A stretch of 46,856 bases of DNA from a virus. Below the pieces are notes generated by a model that worked only from the letters and a program-made list of their open reading frames with translations, made no database searches and was not told the DNA's origin. The stretch's first letter is position 1. Each line of letters starts with the position of its first letter. Both the position numbers and the translations under genes were made by a program. This document shows positions 39,850-46,808 of this stretch, in pieces. The stretch spans positions 1-46,856 of IMG/VR virus record IMGVR_UViG_3300016665_000380; one strand, 5' to 3'.

Positions 39850-40682
39850 TCGGTCGGCGGGTTGGCGAACGCTTTGGCCTTGGAGATGAAACCGTCAACG
39901 TCGGCCAAGATCATGTTGGCCACCTTGGTCGATACATCGCGGAAGTTCTGACCTTCCTTGATGAGATTCTTCGAGAACAGAAACGCATTGGCGATTTCGC
40001 TGTGCGGCTCCAACGCTTGCTCCAGCTTCTCAACGAGCGAGAAGGTCGATTCCGGCGTCACATTGACCGTCTGTCGCGTCGGGGCAGCAGGCTGTGGCCC
40101 AGGGGACGTAACCGAGAAGTCGGCCACCTCCTCGGGCGTGTAGCGGCCTTGAGTGATTCTCGGATCGAGCATCCTCGTTGCCTTGCTGATAAGACGCGCA
40201 CGAAGCATTTCAGCGGGGAACTTGGCCCAACCACTTCCAGGCTTTGCGGGGATTAATCCAGCTTGCTTCGCGTCCTCTGCGGTGAATGCCACGCGAACCT
40301 TCTTCTGGCCCTTGGTGAACTCAGCAATCGCGGCCTGAGCGTCGAACTGGTGCCAATCGATGTCCCATCCGGCATCCATCAGGCCAGCGAGCATCGCCTC
40401 GCTTTTCATGGCGATGCTGCCACCGATGAGATGATTGCTCTTCTTCCAGCTTAGAGGCGTCTGCTTGCTCGCGATGCACTCCAAAGCGAGAACGTAACCC
40501 TGCTCCGCCTTCGTCGCACCGAACATGCCGCTATGGGCAATCCAGTCTCCAAGCTGCTTGACCGCATCGAGCGATGTGCATGCTTGAGAATAGAATTCTC
40601 CTTCAGCCTGCGGGGCTGGGGGCTGCGTTGTCGCTTGCGACGGTGCCACGACCGTCAGACTCGTTGCTAGGTTGCTGCTCAT
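39846..40682 (-). CDS. Single-strand annealing protein (Bet/RecT superfamily)
   Basis: GSGWAKFPAEMLRARLISKATRML resembles the conserved W..(P)..ML..(K/R)A motif of lambda Bet and RecT. It sits upstream of the exonuclease. Confidence 0.65.
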   Translation of the reverse strand: MSSNLATSLTVVAPSQATTQPPAPQAEGEFYSQACTSLDAVKQLGDWIAHSGMFGATKAEQGYVLALECIASKQTPLSWKKSNHLIGGSIAMKSEAMLAGLMDAGWDIDWHQFDAQAAIAEFTKGQKKVRVAFTAEDAKQAGLIPAKPGSGWAKFPAEMLRARLISKATRMLDPRITQGRYTPEEVADFSVTSPGPQPAAPTRQTVNVTPESTFSLVEKLEQALEPHSEIANAFLFSKNLIKEGQNFRDVSTKVANMILADVDGFISKAKAFANPPTE

Positions 40683-40902
40683 TTGTATGCTCTGCTTTCG
40701 GTTGTTTGTTTGTCTTTCTTGCGTACGGGTTCACTGCGCCAGTCATCAGCTTGCTTTCCAGCATCGCCGCGATGTCGGCCTCAGTGAACAAGATCCTCCG
40801 CCCCACCCTCCTGTGCTGCGCGCCTTCTCTGACCAGACGGCGAAGCGTCTCGGTGCAAATCTGCATCATCTCAGCAGCGGCTTTGGCGGTGTAAACTTTC
40901 AT
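40603..40902 (-). CDS. MerR/excisionase-type HTH DNA-binding protein
   Basis: YTAKAAAEMMQICTETLRRLVREGAQHRRVGRRILFTEADI. Its 3' end overlaps the annealase start by 80 nt. It is the first gene after a structured intergenic region. Confidence 0.55.
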   Translation of the reverse strand: MKVYTAKAAAEMMQICTETLRRLVREGAQHRRVGRRILFTEADIAAMLESKLMTGAVNPYARKTNKQPKAEHTNEQQPSNESDGRGTVASDNAAPSPAG

Positions 40903-41056
40903 CGAGATTCGACTGCAATCGGGTGTTCAATCACGGGCAGAAAATCCAAAACGCCCTGTCGTAAGCTCTCCTCACGCTCTATTCCCGATTGCAGAAAATT
41001 GTTCCGATAGGTTATGCGTTGCTTCGCGTTGCGTCAATGGCGAAGTTTGAAAATTT

Positions 41057-41632
41057 TCATCGCCATGCAATGGCAACCATCGAGCCGATGTCGTTCGCTG
41101 GAGTTTCGCGCTTTTTCAGCTTGGAGCATGCTTCCTTTTGCTCGGCCCGAACACGCTCTGCTTCGGATTCCTGATGGTTCAGCTTCTCGTTCTCGGCCTT
41201 TCGCCGCTGGTTGTACTCCTCCTGAGTTTCCTCCTCCTCCTCGGCCCGATCCGCAACCGACCGCTTCATGTTGGCCAACTGCTTGGTCAGCTTCTCGATT
41301 TCGCGCGTCGCCTTGCGGAGTTCGGCGTCCATCGCGATGACCCGTCGCTCCAACGCCCGATGCTCGGCCAGAATCATGTCATGCGACACGTTGTCCTTGG
41401 ACGGAATCCAGTCGCATCCCTTCCAGACCCGATGAACCTTGTCGAAAACCAAGACCCTCGACCTTGGATTCCGCATGCTGTTGAAGGCGGCAACCGCACG
41501 ACCAACTTCCCAGCCGGTGTTTTCCATGATGTAGGCCACAATCTGCGAGCGTCTCGGATCGACGTCATGGTGCAGGGGCGGCGTCAATCGGAACATGCTG
41601 CGGTGGGTGGCCCCGTTTTCCAGATAACTCAT
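41057..41632 (-). CDS. Hypothetical protein with acidic coiled-coil C-terminal half
   Basis: ORF track, 191 aa. The C-terminal helix reads RKATREIEKLTKQLANMKRSVADRAEEEEETQEEYNQRRKAENEKL. Confidence 0.65.
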   Translation of the reverse strand: MSYLENGATHRSMFRLTPPLHHDVDPRRSQIVAYIMENTGWEVGRAVAAFNSMRNPRSRVLVFDKVHRVWKGCDWIPSKDNVSHDMILAEHRALERRVIAMDAELRKATREIEKLTKQLANMKRSVADRAEEEEETQEEYNQRRKAENEKLNHQESEAERVRAEQKEACSKLKKRETPANDIGSMVAIAWR

Positions 41633-41746
41633 AATGCAAAGAAAGTGTTATGAAGACCAAGCACTGTCAACTGAGAATCTGAGGCGACACATTACTCCAT
41701 CCGAAAGTTATCTTGCCGATGCTACTATTCATCTGAAAGATAAACA

Positions 41747-41773
41747 TTACCCCCTTCTGAAAAAGGGGGGTAA
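41747..41773 (-). terminator. Candidate intrinsic terminator for minus-strand transcripts
   Basis: The stem is ttaccccc ... gggggtaa. In mRNA sense the hairpin is followed by UGUUUAUCUUUC. It lies in the 403-bp gap between the methyltransferase gene and 41057..41632. Confidence 0.5.
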
Positions 41774-41826
41774 ATTCGGAAACGGCTGCTGGGGCGGCTG
41801 TGTTCGCCGCCCGCGCCGTTCCGAAT
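41774..41826 (-). other. Long GC-rich imperfect hairpin (about 21 bp paired) adjacent to the terminator hairpin
   Basis: attcggaaacggc (41774-41786) pairs with gccgttccgaat (41815-41826) with a one-base bulge. Inside it, gggcggc (41792-41798) pairs with gccgccc (41806-41812). Confidence 0.5.
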
Positions 41827-42035
41827 ATGGGGGAGAGAGATGCGTTTTCGTCGCTCAATCGCTCTATGCGAATGCTCGCCAAACGCTCTAAACGCCTCAA
41901 TGGCGCGTTTTGATTGCGCGAGTGTGTGATGGCAGCGGAAGTGGGGCTTGAGACGCCAGAATCAATTCGTTCGGAGGTCATGGTTTTGGATGCGCTGGAT
42001 ACGGGGTTGGTGGCCTGTTGCTGTCGGATAAAAAG

Positions 42036-43049
42036 TTATCCGGCGTTTCGGAGCTTTTTTGCGAGAGTGCGGAATGCTAGAGCGGCGGTTGCTGGGACGA
42101 CTCCGTTGCCGAGGAGGCGCAATTCGTCGTACCTGCTTTCACAGGTGACAAACAGCTTGGCATGGTCCATCCGATAGGCAATCCCATCAAAGTCTCCACC
42201 CATCTCGGGTTCAATGGTCCTGACCGGTTCCCAATCGAACTGACGTTCTCCGGGTCTGCTTGGCCATGAATCGTCGCAATCCGCCGCAGAATCCTTCCGC
42301 CCTTGTCCAACCTGGCCAACGCCTCCCAATTCGTACCCTGATCTTGTGTCTCCATCGCACTCGGAGTCGGCCATTGCCCCCTGCCCCGTCGCTTGCCCAA
42401 TCTGTCCTTCTCCATCTTCGGCCTTGCTACCGTCTCCCCGCGTATCGCCGGATGATTGCTCAGGCCAATCTGACCATGATTCCGTTGGTTCGATATTTTC
42501 CCAGCTTCCGCCGTCGTGACGGTCGGCCAAGATGAATACTCGCTTTCGCTGGTGCGGCGCACCGCACTCAGCCGCCGAAAATATTCCCCACGCACTGCGG
42601 TAACCCATTCTTGCCAGGTCTTCGATGACGTTGGGCAACCCCAAAGTGATATGTCCCTCGACGTTCTCAAAGAAACAGAGCTTTGGCCCGAGAAGTCGAA
42701 TTCCCCTTGCGATATGCGGCCATAGATGTCGCGGGTCGTCGCTTCCGAGCCGCTTTCCCGCACTGCTGAATGGCTGGCAGGGATATCCGCCAGTGAGGAT
42801 GTCCACTTGTCCGTGAAATGACTCGTATGGGAAGGTCTTAAGATCCGTCCATACAGGTGCAGGGTCCAGATATCCCGCTTCCATTTTCGCAACCAGGTTT
42901 GCGATGGCAAAGGCTTCGACCTCACAAAGAGCAATCGTCCGCAGATTTCGGATGATTCTTCCAAGTCCAAGCTCAATGCCTCCGTAACCAGCGCAGAGTC
43001 CAAGATGCCGTGCAACTGCTTTGGTATTATCCATGTTCCCATGATTCAT
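42036..43049 (-). CDS. DNA (cytosine-5)-methyltransferase
   Basis: Motif I LCAGYGGIELG, motif IV GGYPCQPFSSAG, motif VI FFENVEG, motif VIII QRKRVFILA and motif X LLGNGVVP, all in one frame. Confidence 0.92.
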   Translation of the reverse strand: MNHGNMDNTKAVARHLGLCAGYGGIELGLGRIIRNLRTIALCEVEAFAIANLVAKMEAGYLDPAPVWTDLKTFPYESFHGQVDILTGGYPCQPFSSAGKRLGSDDPRHLWPHIARGIRLLGPKLCFFENVEGHITLGLPNVIEDLARMGYRSAWGIFSAAECGAPHQRKRVFILADRHDGGSWENIEPTESWSDWPEQSSGDTRGDGSKAEDGEGQIGQATGQGAMADSECDGDTRSGYELGGVGQVGQGRKDSAADCDDSWPSRPGERQFDWEPVRTIEPEMGGDFDGIAYRMDHAKLFVTCESRYDELRLLGNGVVPATAALAFRTLAKKLRNAG

Positions 43050-43309
43050 TTTGTATTCGGTGCTTCGCTCGCTCTCTCCGGTATCGGATAGATGTCGTAG
43101 TCCTCGCTGAGTTCGACCGGGACAACACGAATCCTTCCCTGCGTGTACTCGCCAGGATTCAGTTCCTTGGCCACCCGATCCGCTTCCTTGCGCGTGTCGT
43201 AGGTCGTCGTCTCGTAGCGCGTGACGCGATGCTTCACGTCAGCCCAGCCCAGCGCGCCTGAGATTTGCACCTTGAACTTCGGCGGGGCGAATAGATTGCG
43301 GGCATTCAT
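43046..43309 (-). CDS. Hypothetical protein
   Basis: ORF track. 4-nt overlaps on both sides. Confidence 0.6.
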   Translation of the reverse strand: MNARNLFAPPKFKVQISGALGWADVKHRVTRYETTTYDTRKEADRVAKELNPGEYTQGRIRVVPVELSEDYDIYPIPERASEAPNTK

Positions 43310-43530
43310 GGCCTACCCTCCTCCTCGCGGTCGATTTGCTCAATCGCGCGCTTGAGATAGATGGCATGGTCGAGGCTTTCCTCCAGTGCATGCTGCAACC
43401 ATTCGCGCAGGGTCAGCGGATTGGCTTCGACGGTTGTGCCGTACTTCCGAACGCCGCGCATCTGTCGCTCGGCGATAAGCCGGCAGACGCGAAGCTCGGT
43501 ACCGGAGAGGAACGAGGCCGGATCCTTCAT
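43306..43530 (-). CDS. Hypothetical protein
   Basis: Track ORF 43306..43617. The ATG at 43530 (MKDPASF) gives an ATGA overlap with the upstream stop. Confidence 0.55.
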   Translation of the reverse strand: MKDPASFLSGTELRVCRLIAERQMRGVRKYGTTVEANPLTLREWLQHALEESLDHAIYLKRAIEQIDREEEGRP

Positions 43531-43793
43531 GGATAGATTCCTCCATTGCGGAAGACGGAGATAAGATCGACCGCATCGTCGATCATCTCCTCGCGCCGCG
43601 CACGGCCTTCGTGGCATTGGTCCTTGTACATCCGCGCGTAAAACAGACTGTCCTCAAGAAGAACCGCGATTTTGCAAGCGACGATAAGCCGATGCTGAAG
43701 CTCGCGCGAAACAACATCGTTTTCGTTCTCAGGCAAAAGCATTATCAACTGCCCCAGCGACAGATTGCGCGCCTCAAGTTCTGCTTTTGTCAT
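43527..43793 (-). CDS. Hypothetical protein
   Basis: ORF track, 88 aa. Confidence 0.6.
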   Translation of the reverse strand: MTKAELEARNLSLGQLIMLLPENENDVVSRELQHRLIVACKIAVLLEDSLFYARMYKDQCHEGRARREEMIDDAVDLISVFRNGGIYP

Positions 43794-43795
43794 AA

Positions 43796-43960
43796 TCAGG
43801 GAAGTTTCTCGTCGTTCGGATTGCCCTCAAACGCCGGACAGAGCTTGTCCCCAACCTCGCGTTCGATAATCAGCTCCAGCATTTGCTCGCCCTGAACTAT
43901 CGCGTTGAACAGGTCAACGATGGTTTGGGCATTCTGTTTGCTCTGAATGGTCAGTTTCAT
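43796..43960 (-). CDS. Possible 54-aa protein
   Basis: Hand-translated: MKLTIQSKQNAQTIVDLFNAIVQGEQMLELIIEREVGDKLCPAFEGNPNDEKLP. Its stop lies 2 nt before the next ATG. It fills an otherwise empty co-oriented gap. Confidence 0.4.
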   Translation of the reverse strand: MKLTIQSKQNAQTIVDLFNAIVQGEQMLELIIEREVGDKLCPAFEGNPNDEKLP

Positions 43961-44037
43961 TGGTTCTGCTTGAGTTTAACTGCGGGGAAAAATGGAAAGA
44001 TTCGCCATGAATTCGCGCGCGGGAGGTTTTTAGCCGA

Positions 44038-44232
44038 TTATGACTCCGCTTGCCAATAACCGGTTTCCCGTTGCTTTTGATTCACATTCACAAATCGTAC
44101 CGCACCACAAAGGCAAGTTTGCTGGACAGTAACCCAGCCATGCGCGCGGGGATTCGGTTTGTCGGATTCGATTGAGCCGCTGAACGGGCGTTCAATGCTG
44201 CGATAAATTTTGTGGGTATGTTTTGATTTCAT
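44038..44232 (-). CDS. Hypothetical protein
   Basis: ORF track. ATGA overlap with the upstream stop. Confidence 0.55.
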   Translation of the reverse strand: MKSKHTHKIYRSIERPFSGSIESDKPNPRAHGWVTVQQTCLCGAVRFVNVNQKQRETGYWQAES

Positions 44233-44435
44233 GCGTAGATGTTTTCGGTTTCGGGGACGTTCGCCGGAACGATGCGCAGTGTTTCGAGGTTTTCGAATAA
44301 CTCCGCAAACTCCTCAACCGCGCGCACCGCCGCCATGCGCGATGGAAAGAAACAGACCTCGTACGGTCCGCCGTCGGTCGATCCGCGCAGGTCAGACCAG
44401 CCGTTAGGGGTTTCTAGTTGGATTTTGTATCTCAT
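44229..44435 (-). CDS. Hypothetical protein
   Basis: ORF track. 4-nt overlaps on both sides. Confidence 0.6.
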   Translation of the reverse strand: MRYKIQLETPNGWSDLRGSTDGGPYEVCFFPSRMAAVRAVEEFAELFENLETLRIVPANVPETENIYA

Positions 44436-44734
44436 GCTTCGCCTTTCGCTTTGGAGATAATGGCGCGCGCGGAATTTACGGCGTCCCTTAAACGATTGTC
44501 TTGCCAGTCTTCAGGCTGGTCCGCTTGCGCTGATTCTAACCAGCTCAACGCCAGTTCCAGCGCGCGGAGAAGCTCAGGCGCGGAGGCGATTAGGCGGGCG
44601 TTGGCGAACTTCTCGGAGTTTGAGGTTTCAATATTAAAATAATGATCGGTTACCCAGCAAATCAGGGCATCGCCAGCGCGGACATTAACTCCGGTTTGAC
44701 GCCACGGGCCGGGGGTGTAGTTCGTTGGATTCAT
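44432..44734 (-). CDS. Conserved phage protein with ANARLIASAPELL motif
   Basis: Track ORF 44432..44827. The ATG at 44734 (MNPTNYTPGPW) avoids overlap with the upstream gene. GPW ... NARLIASAPELLRALE is a motif common in phage proteins of unknown function. Confidence 0.65.
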   Translation of the reverse strand: MNPTNYTPGPWRQTGVNVRAGDALICWVTDHYFNIETSNSEKFANARLIASAPELLRALELALSWLESAQADQPEDWQDNRLRDAVNSARAIISKAKGEA

Positions 44735-44753
44735 AATTTCGCGCGCGTAGGGT

Positions 44754-44993
44754 TTAGGATGCCAGCGGAAATCCGGTGATTCGCGATATCTCGCCTGCGG
44801 TGAAGCCCTGCTTCCACAAGTCGCCAAGCCATCGCGCCGCGCGAATGCTCACCTTGCCTCCCTTGCCTGGTATTTCCCAGCAAATCAGGTCATCGTCAGT
44901 CCAAAGGCGCGCGCGGAATTTGCCCGTGCCATGCTGCCAGTTGTCGCGGAGAACCGTCGTTTCGAATAGTGTGACAAGCGGATTTTGATTCAT
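44754..44993 (-). CDS. Small protein with GcrA-like HTH string
   Basis: Track ORF 44754..45176. The ATG at 44993 (MNQNPLV) is preceded by the GAATCC leader. WLGDLWKQGFTAGEISRITG resembles the L..LW..G.SA.QIA..LG opening of GcrA. Confidence 0.5.
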   Translation of the reverse strand: MNQNPLVTLFETTVLRDNWQHGTGKFRARLWTDDDLICWEIPGKGGKVSIRAARWLGDLWKQGFTAGEISRITGFPLAS

Positions 44994-45034
44994 GGATTCG
45001 ATTGGTTGCGGATAGATTGGCCTACCCTTTCGCA

Positions 45035-45050
45035 CCACGCTTTCGCATGG
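45035..45050 (-). promoter_or_regulatory. Intergenic RNA hairpin with GAAA (GNRA) loop
   Basis: In mRNA sense it reads CCAUGC-GAAA-GCGUGG (6 bp including one G.U). It sits inside a CCUAC ... GUAGG outer closure. CTTTCGCA occurs twice in tandem on the plus strand. Confidence 0.4.
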
Positions 45051-45069
45051 CGCGCGTAGGATGGGCCGG

Positions 45070-45300
45070 TCAGTCCGAGCAAAGACAGAAAAGCGCAAAG
45101 TAAGAACCATTGCTGTCTCGCCTTCTCTCGGCCCATAAAAGCCGAATGCCGTCGCGGACTGGATGATCCTTTCCAATCACCGTTTCCTTGTATTTTCCAC
45201 GGTCGAAACGATCTTTTCTGAGGCATGCAAGCGTTCCACCGGGCCGAAAAACACTTTCGATGATTGCCTTATCGGCTTCTCTTTTGGTCAAAATTTTCAT
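45070..45300 (-). CDS. Hypothetical protein
   Basis: Track ORF 45070..45438. The ATG at 45300 (MKILTKREADK) lies downstream of the upstream stop (45321) and is preceded by GCATCC. Confidence 0.5.
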   Translation of the reverse strand: MKILTKREADKAIIESVFRPGGTLACLRKDRFDRGKYKETVIGKDHPVRDGIRLLWAERRRDSNGSYFALFCLCSD

Positions 45301-45320
45301 GGATGCGCGGGGGAATGGTT

Positions 45321-45764
45321 TCAGTTGAACCAACGCGAAGCGATGCCACGCCCGAACGTATCGCGCGCGAATTGCTGAACGTCCGGCTTTACGTTGTCCC
45401 GATAGAAACGCCAGATGGCGTTGGCCAGTGTCCGACACACTGCGGCCCGATACTCGGTGGGGAAATATTGCCCCGCGCAGTAGTCCAGAGCGTTGCGCGA
45501 CGGATCGAAAGTCAAACGTCCGGTTTCCAATTCGCGCATGATGAAATCAACGGGCATGGGTGAACTCTCAACAAATGAGAGAAGCGTGCGCGCGTCGCGT
45601 CCGTGCAAAAGAATTCGGCTTCTGTCGGATCGAAGCGCGGACATCCCGGACTTGTCGCGCCAATCGGACGCATAGTTTCGCCAATCGAGGCCGGAGCGTT
45701 GCGCGATGAATGCCCGGAGTTTGGCGCAGATTTCGGATTTTGTGACGGTCGATTCTGTTGTCAT
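45321..45764 (-). CDS. Hypothetical early protein (147 aa)
   Basis: ORF track. The ATG is preceded by the CCAAAATCAAATCC leader and the GNRA hairpin module. Confidence 0.65.
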   Translation of the reverse strand: MTTESTVTKSEICAKLRAFIAQRSGLDWRNYASDWRDKSGMSALRSDRSRILLHGRDARTLLSFVESSPMPVDFIMRELETGRLTFDPSRNALDYCAGQYFPTEYRAAVCRTLANAIWRFYRDNVKPDVQQFARDTFGRGIASRWFN

Positions 45765-45799
45765 GGATTTGATTTTGGATCGGGCTTGATTGCCCGTTG

Positions 45800-45823
45800 C
45801 AACCTACCGTTGCCGATAGGCTG
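45800..45823 (-). promoter_or_regulatory. Intergenic RNA hairpin: 10-bp stem closed by a GCAA (GNRA) tetraloop in mRNA sense
   Basis: The reverse complement reads CAGCCUAUCG-GCAA-CGGUAGGUUG. It lies 10 nt after the stop of 45834..46169 and 35 nt before the ATG at 45764. Relative to the copy at 231..254, the second base pair is flipped (U-A to A-U) and the loop stays GNRA. Confidence 0.55.
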
Positions 45824-45833
45824 GCACGGGGAA

Positions 45834-46169
45834 TCAGGCGACAGCTTTTGAAATCAGAACCTCATGCTCTGGTTCATGCGAAGAAGGCCATTTGGGAAGC
45901 GGCGCGTTCTGATTCGTATGGTGCCGAAATGCCCAGACTTCATGCTGCCATTTCGCGTCACGTTCACACGTTGCGTAACCTGAAATGCGCTTCCCATTGA
46001 TTCGAACCGAAGCCGGAATGCTAAAATATGTGTCGGCAGTCTCGGCCATTTCAGCGGCCCGAATCACGCCGTCAGAGCAAAGGAGCCGATGACCGTTCCG
46101 AGGATGAAGTCCCCATGGATAGGAACGTGAAACGTGAGTCTTTCCGAGTGTGTTTTTTGTGATGCTCAT
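45834..46169 (-). CDS. Hypothetical early protein (111 aa)
   Basis: ORF track. The string IRAAEMAETADTYFSIPASVRINGKRISGY resembles small proteins I associate with plasmid/phage early regions. This was not verified. Confidence 0.65.
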   Translation of the reverse strand: MSITKNTLGKTHVSRSYPWGLHPRNGHRLLCSDGVIRAAEMAETADTYFSIPASVRINGKRISGYATCERDAKWQHEVWAFRHHTNQNAPLPKWPSSHEPEHEVLISKAVA

Positions 46170-46199
46170 TGGATGGGATGGATTTTATTCTGCGGGTAA

Positions 46200-46517
46200 T
46201 CAGCGGCGGATGATGCCAGCGGCTCGCATTGCCTTGCGCCAATACTTCAAGCGGCGCGGCGGATTCTCTCGGCAGTAATGCAAGGATTCTGTCGTCTCGC
46301 TGCAATCCCGGTAATCCTGCGAAGGATGGGACGAAAGCCACTCCCATTGACTTCCTTCGGGATGGGAATTCGATGGGATGGGATGGGATTTCATGAGGGA
46401 AACCAGTTCGCGAAACGTGACGGATTCGGATTCGGCCAGAAAACCAGAGTCGGCGGATTCGCCATATTCGGCGGATTCGGGCGTGACAACTTCAAAGGTT
46501 CGGGAAATGAGGATCAT
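46200..46517 (-). CDS. Hypothetical early protein (105 aa)
   Basis: ORF track. The opening TFEVVTPESAEYGESADSGF is reminiscent of a family seen in mobile-element leading regions. This was not verified. Confidence 0.65.
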   Translation of the reverse strand: MILISRTFEVVTPESAEYGESADSGFLAESESVTFRELVSLMKSHPIPSNSHPEGSQWEWLSSHPSQDYRDCSETTESLHYCRENPPRRLKYWRKAMRAAGIIRR

Positions 46518-46538
46518 AGGATTGATTGATTCGTGGAT

Positions 46539-46808
46539 TTAGAAAACACGGATTGAACGGGAAAGGGGACGGGAAACACCGTAGTCCGTCACTTGATTGA
46601 CGTATCGGGGAGTCGATTCGCGGGGACGGAATTCTAAGCAAGGCCCGGAAACGGAGGCGGAAACGTAATAGTCGCGCAGGTTGAAAGCGGCGATTCGTTC
46701 GCCATCGGGGAAAGGGAGAATTGCCAAGCATTCGTGAGGCTGGCCGACGTTGCGGGGACGGGGAATCGTGCCGATTCGAAAGCAGAATTCAGCGAGTGTT
46801 TCTTTCAT
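46539..46808 (-). CDS. Hypothetical early protein (89 aa) straddling the terminal-repeat boundary
   Basis: ORF track. The ATG is preceded by the CAAACAAAATCC leader. Codons from 46808 down to 46612 lie inside the 245-bp repeat. Confidence 0.6.
   Translation of the reverse strand: MKETLAEFCFRIGTIPRPRNVGQPHECLAILPFPDGERIAAFNLRDYYVSASVSGPCLEFRPRESTPRYVNQVTDYGVSRPLSRSIRVF

Noticed and set aside
40603-40902. Excisionase-type HTH taken as evidence for a temperate lifestyle
   Set aside because: No integrase, CI/Cro-like switch or att-like site was recognised. This HTH fold is common in lytic-phage regulators.
41667-41981. 104-aa minus-strand ORF in the 403-bp gap
   Set aside because: Not called as a gene. 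It has no RBS or conserved leader, and it reads through a 21-bp GC hairpin and a terminator-like hairpin. It remains possible and is flagged for testing in the findings.
42077-43042. 321-aa ORF in a second frame of the same strand as the methyltransferase gene
   Set aside because: All five C5-methyltransferase motifs lie in the other frame (42036..43049). This frame gives a Ser/Arg/Trp-rich sequence without motifs.
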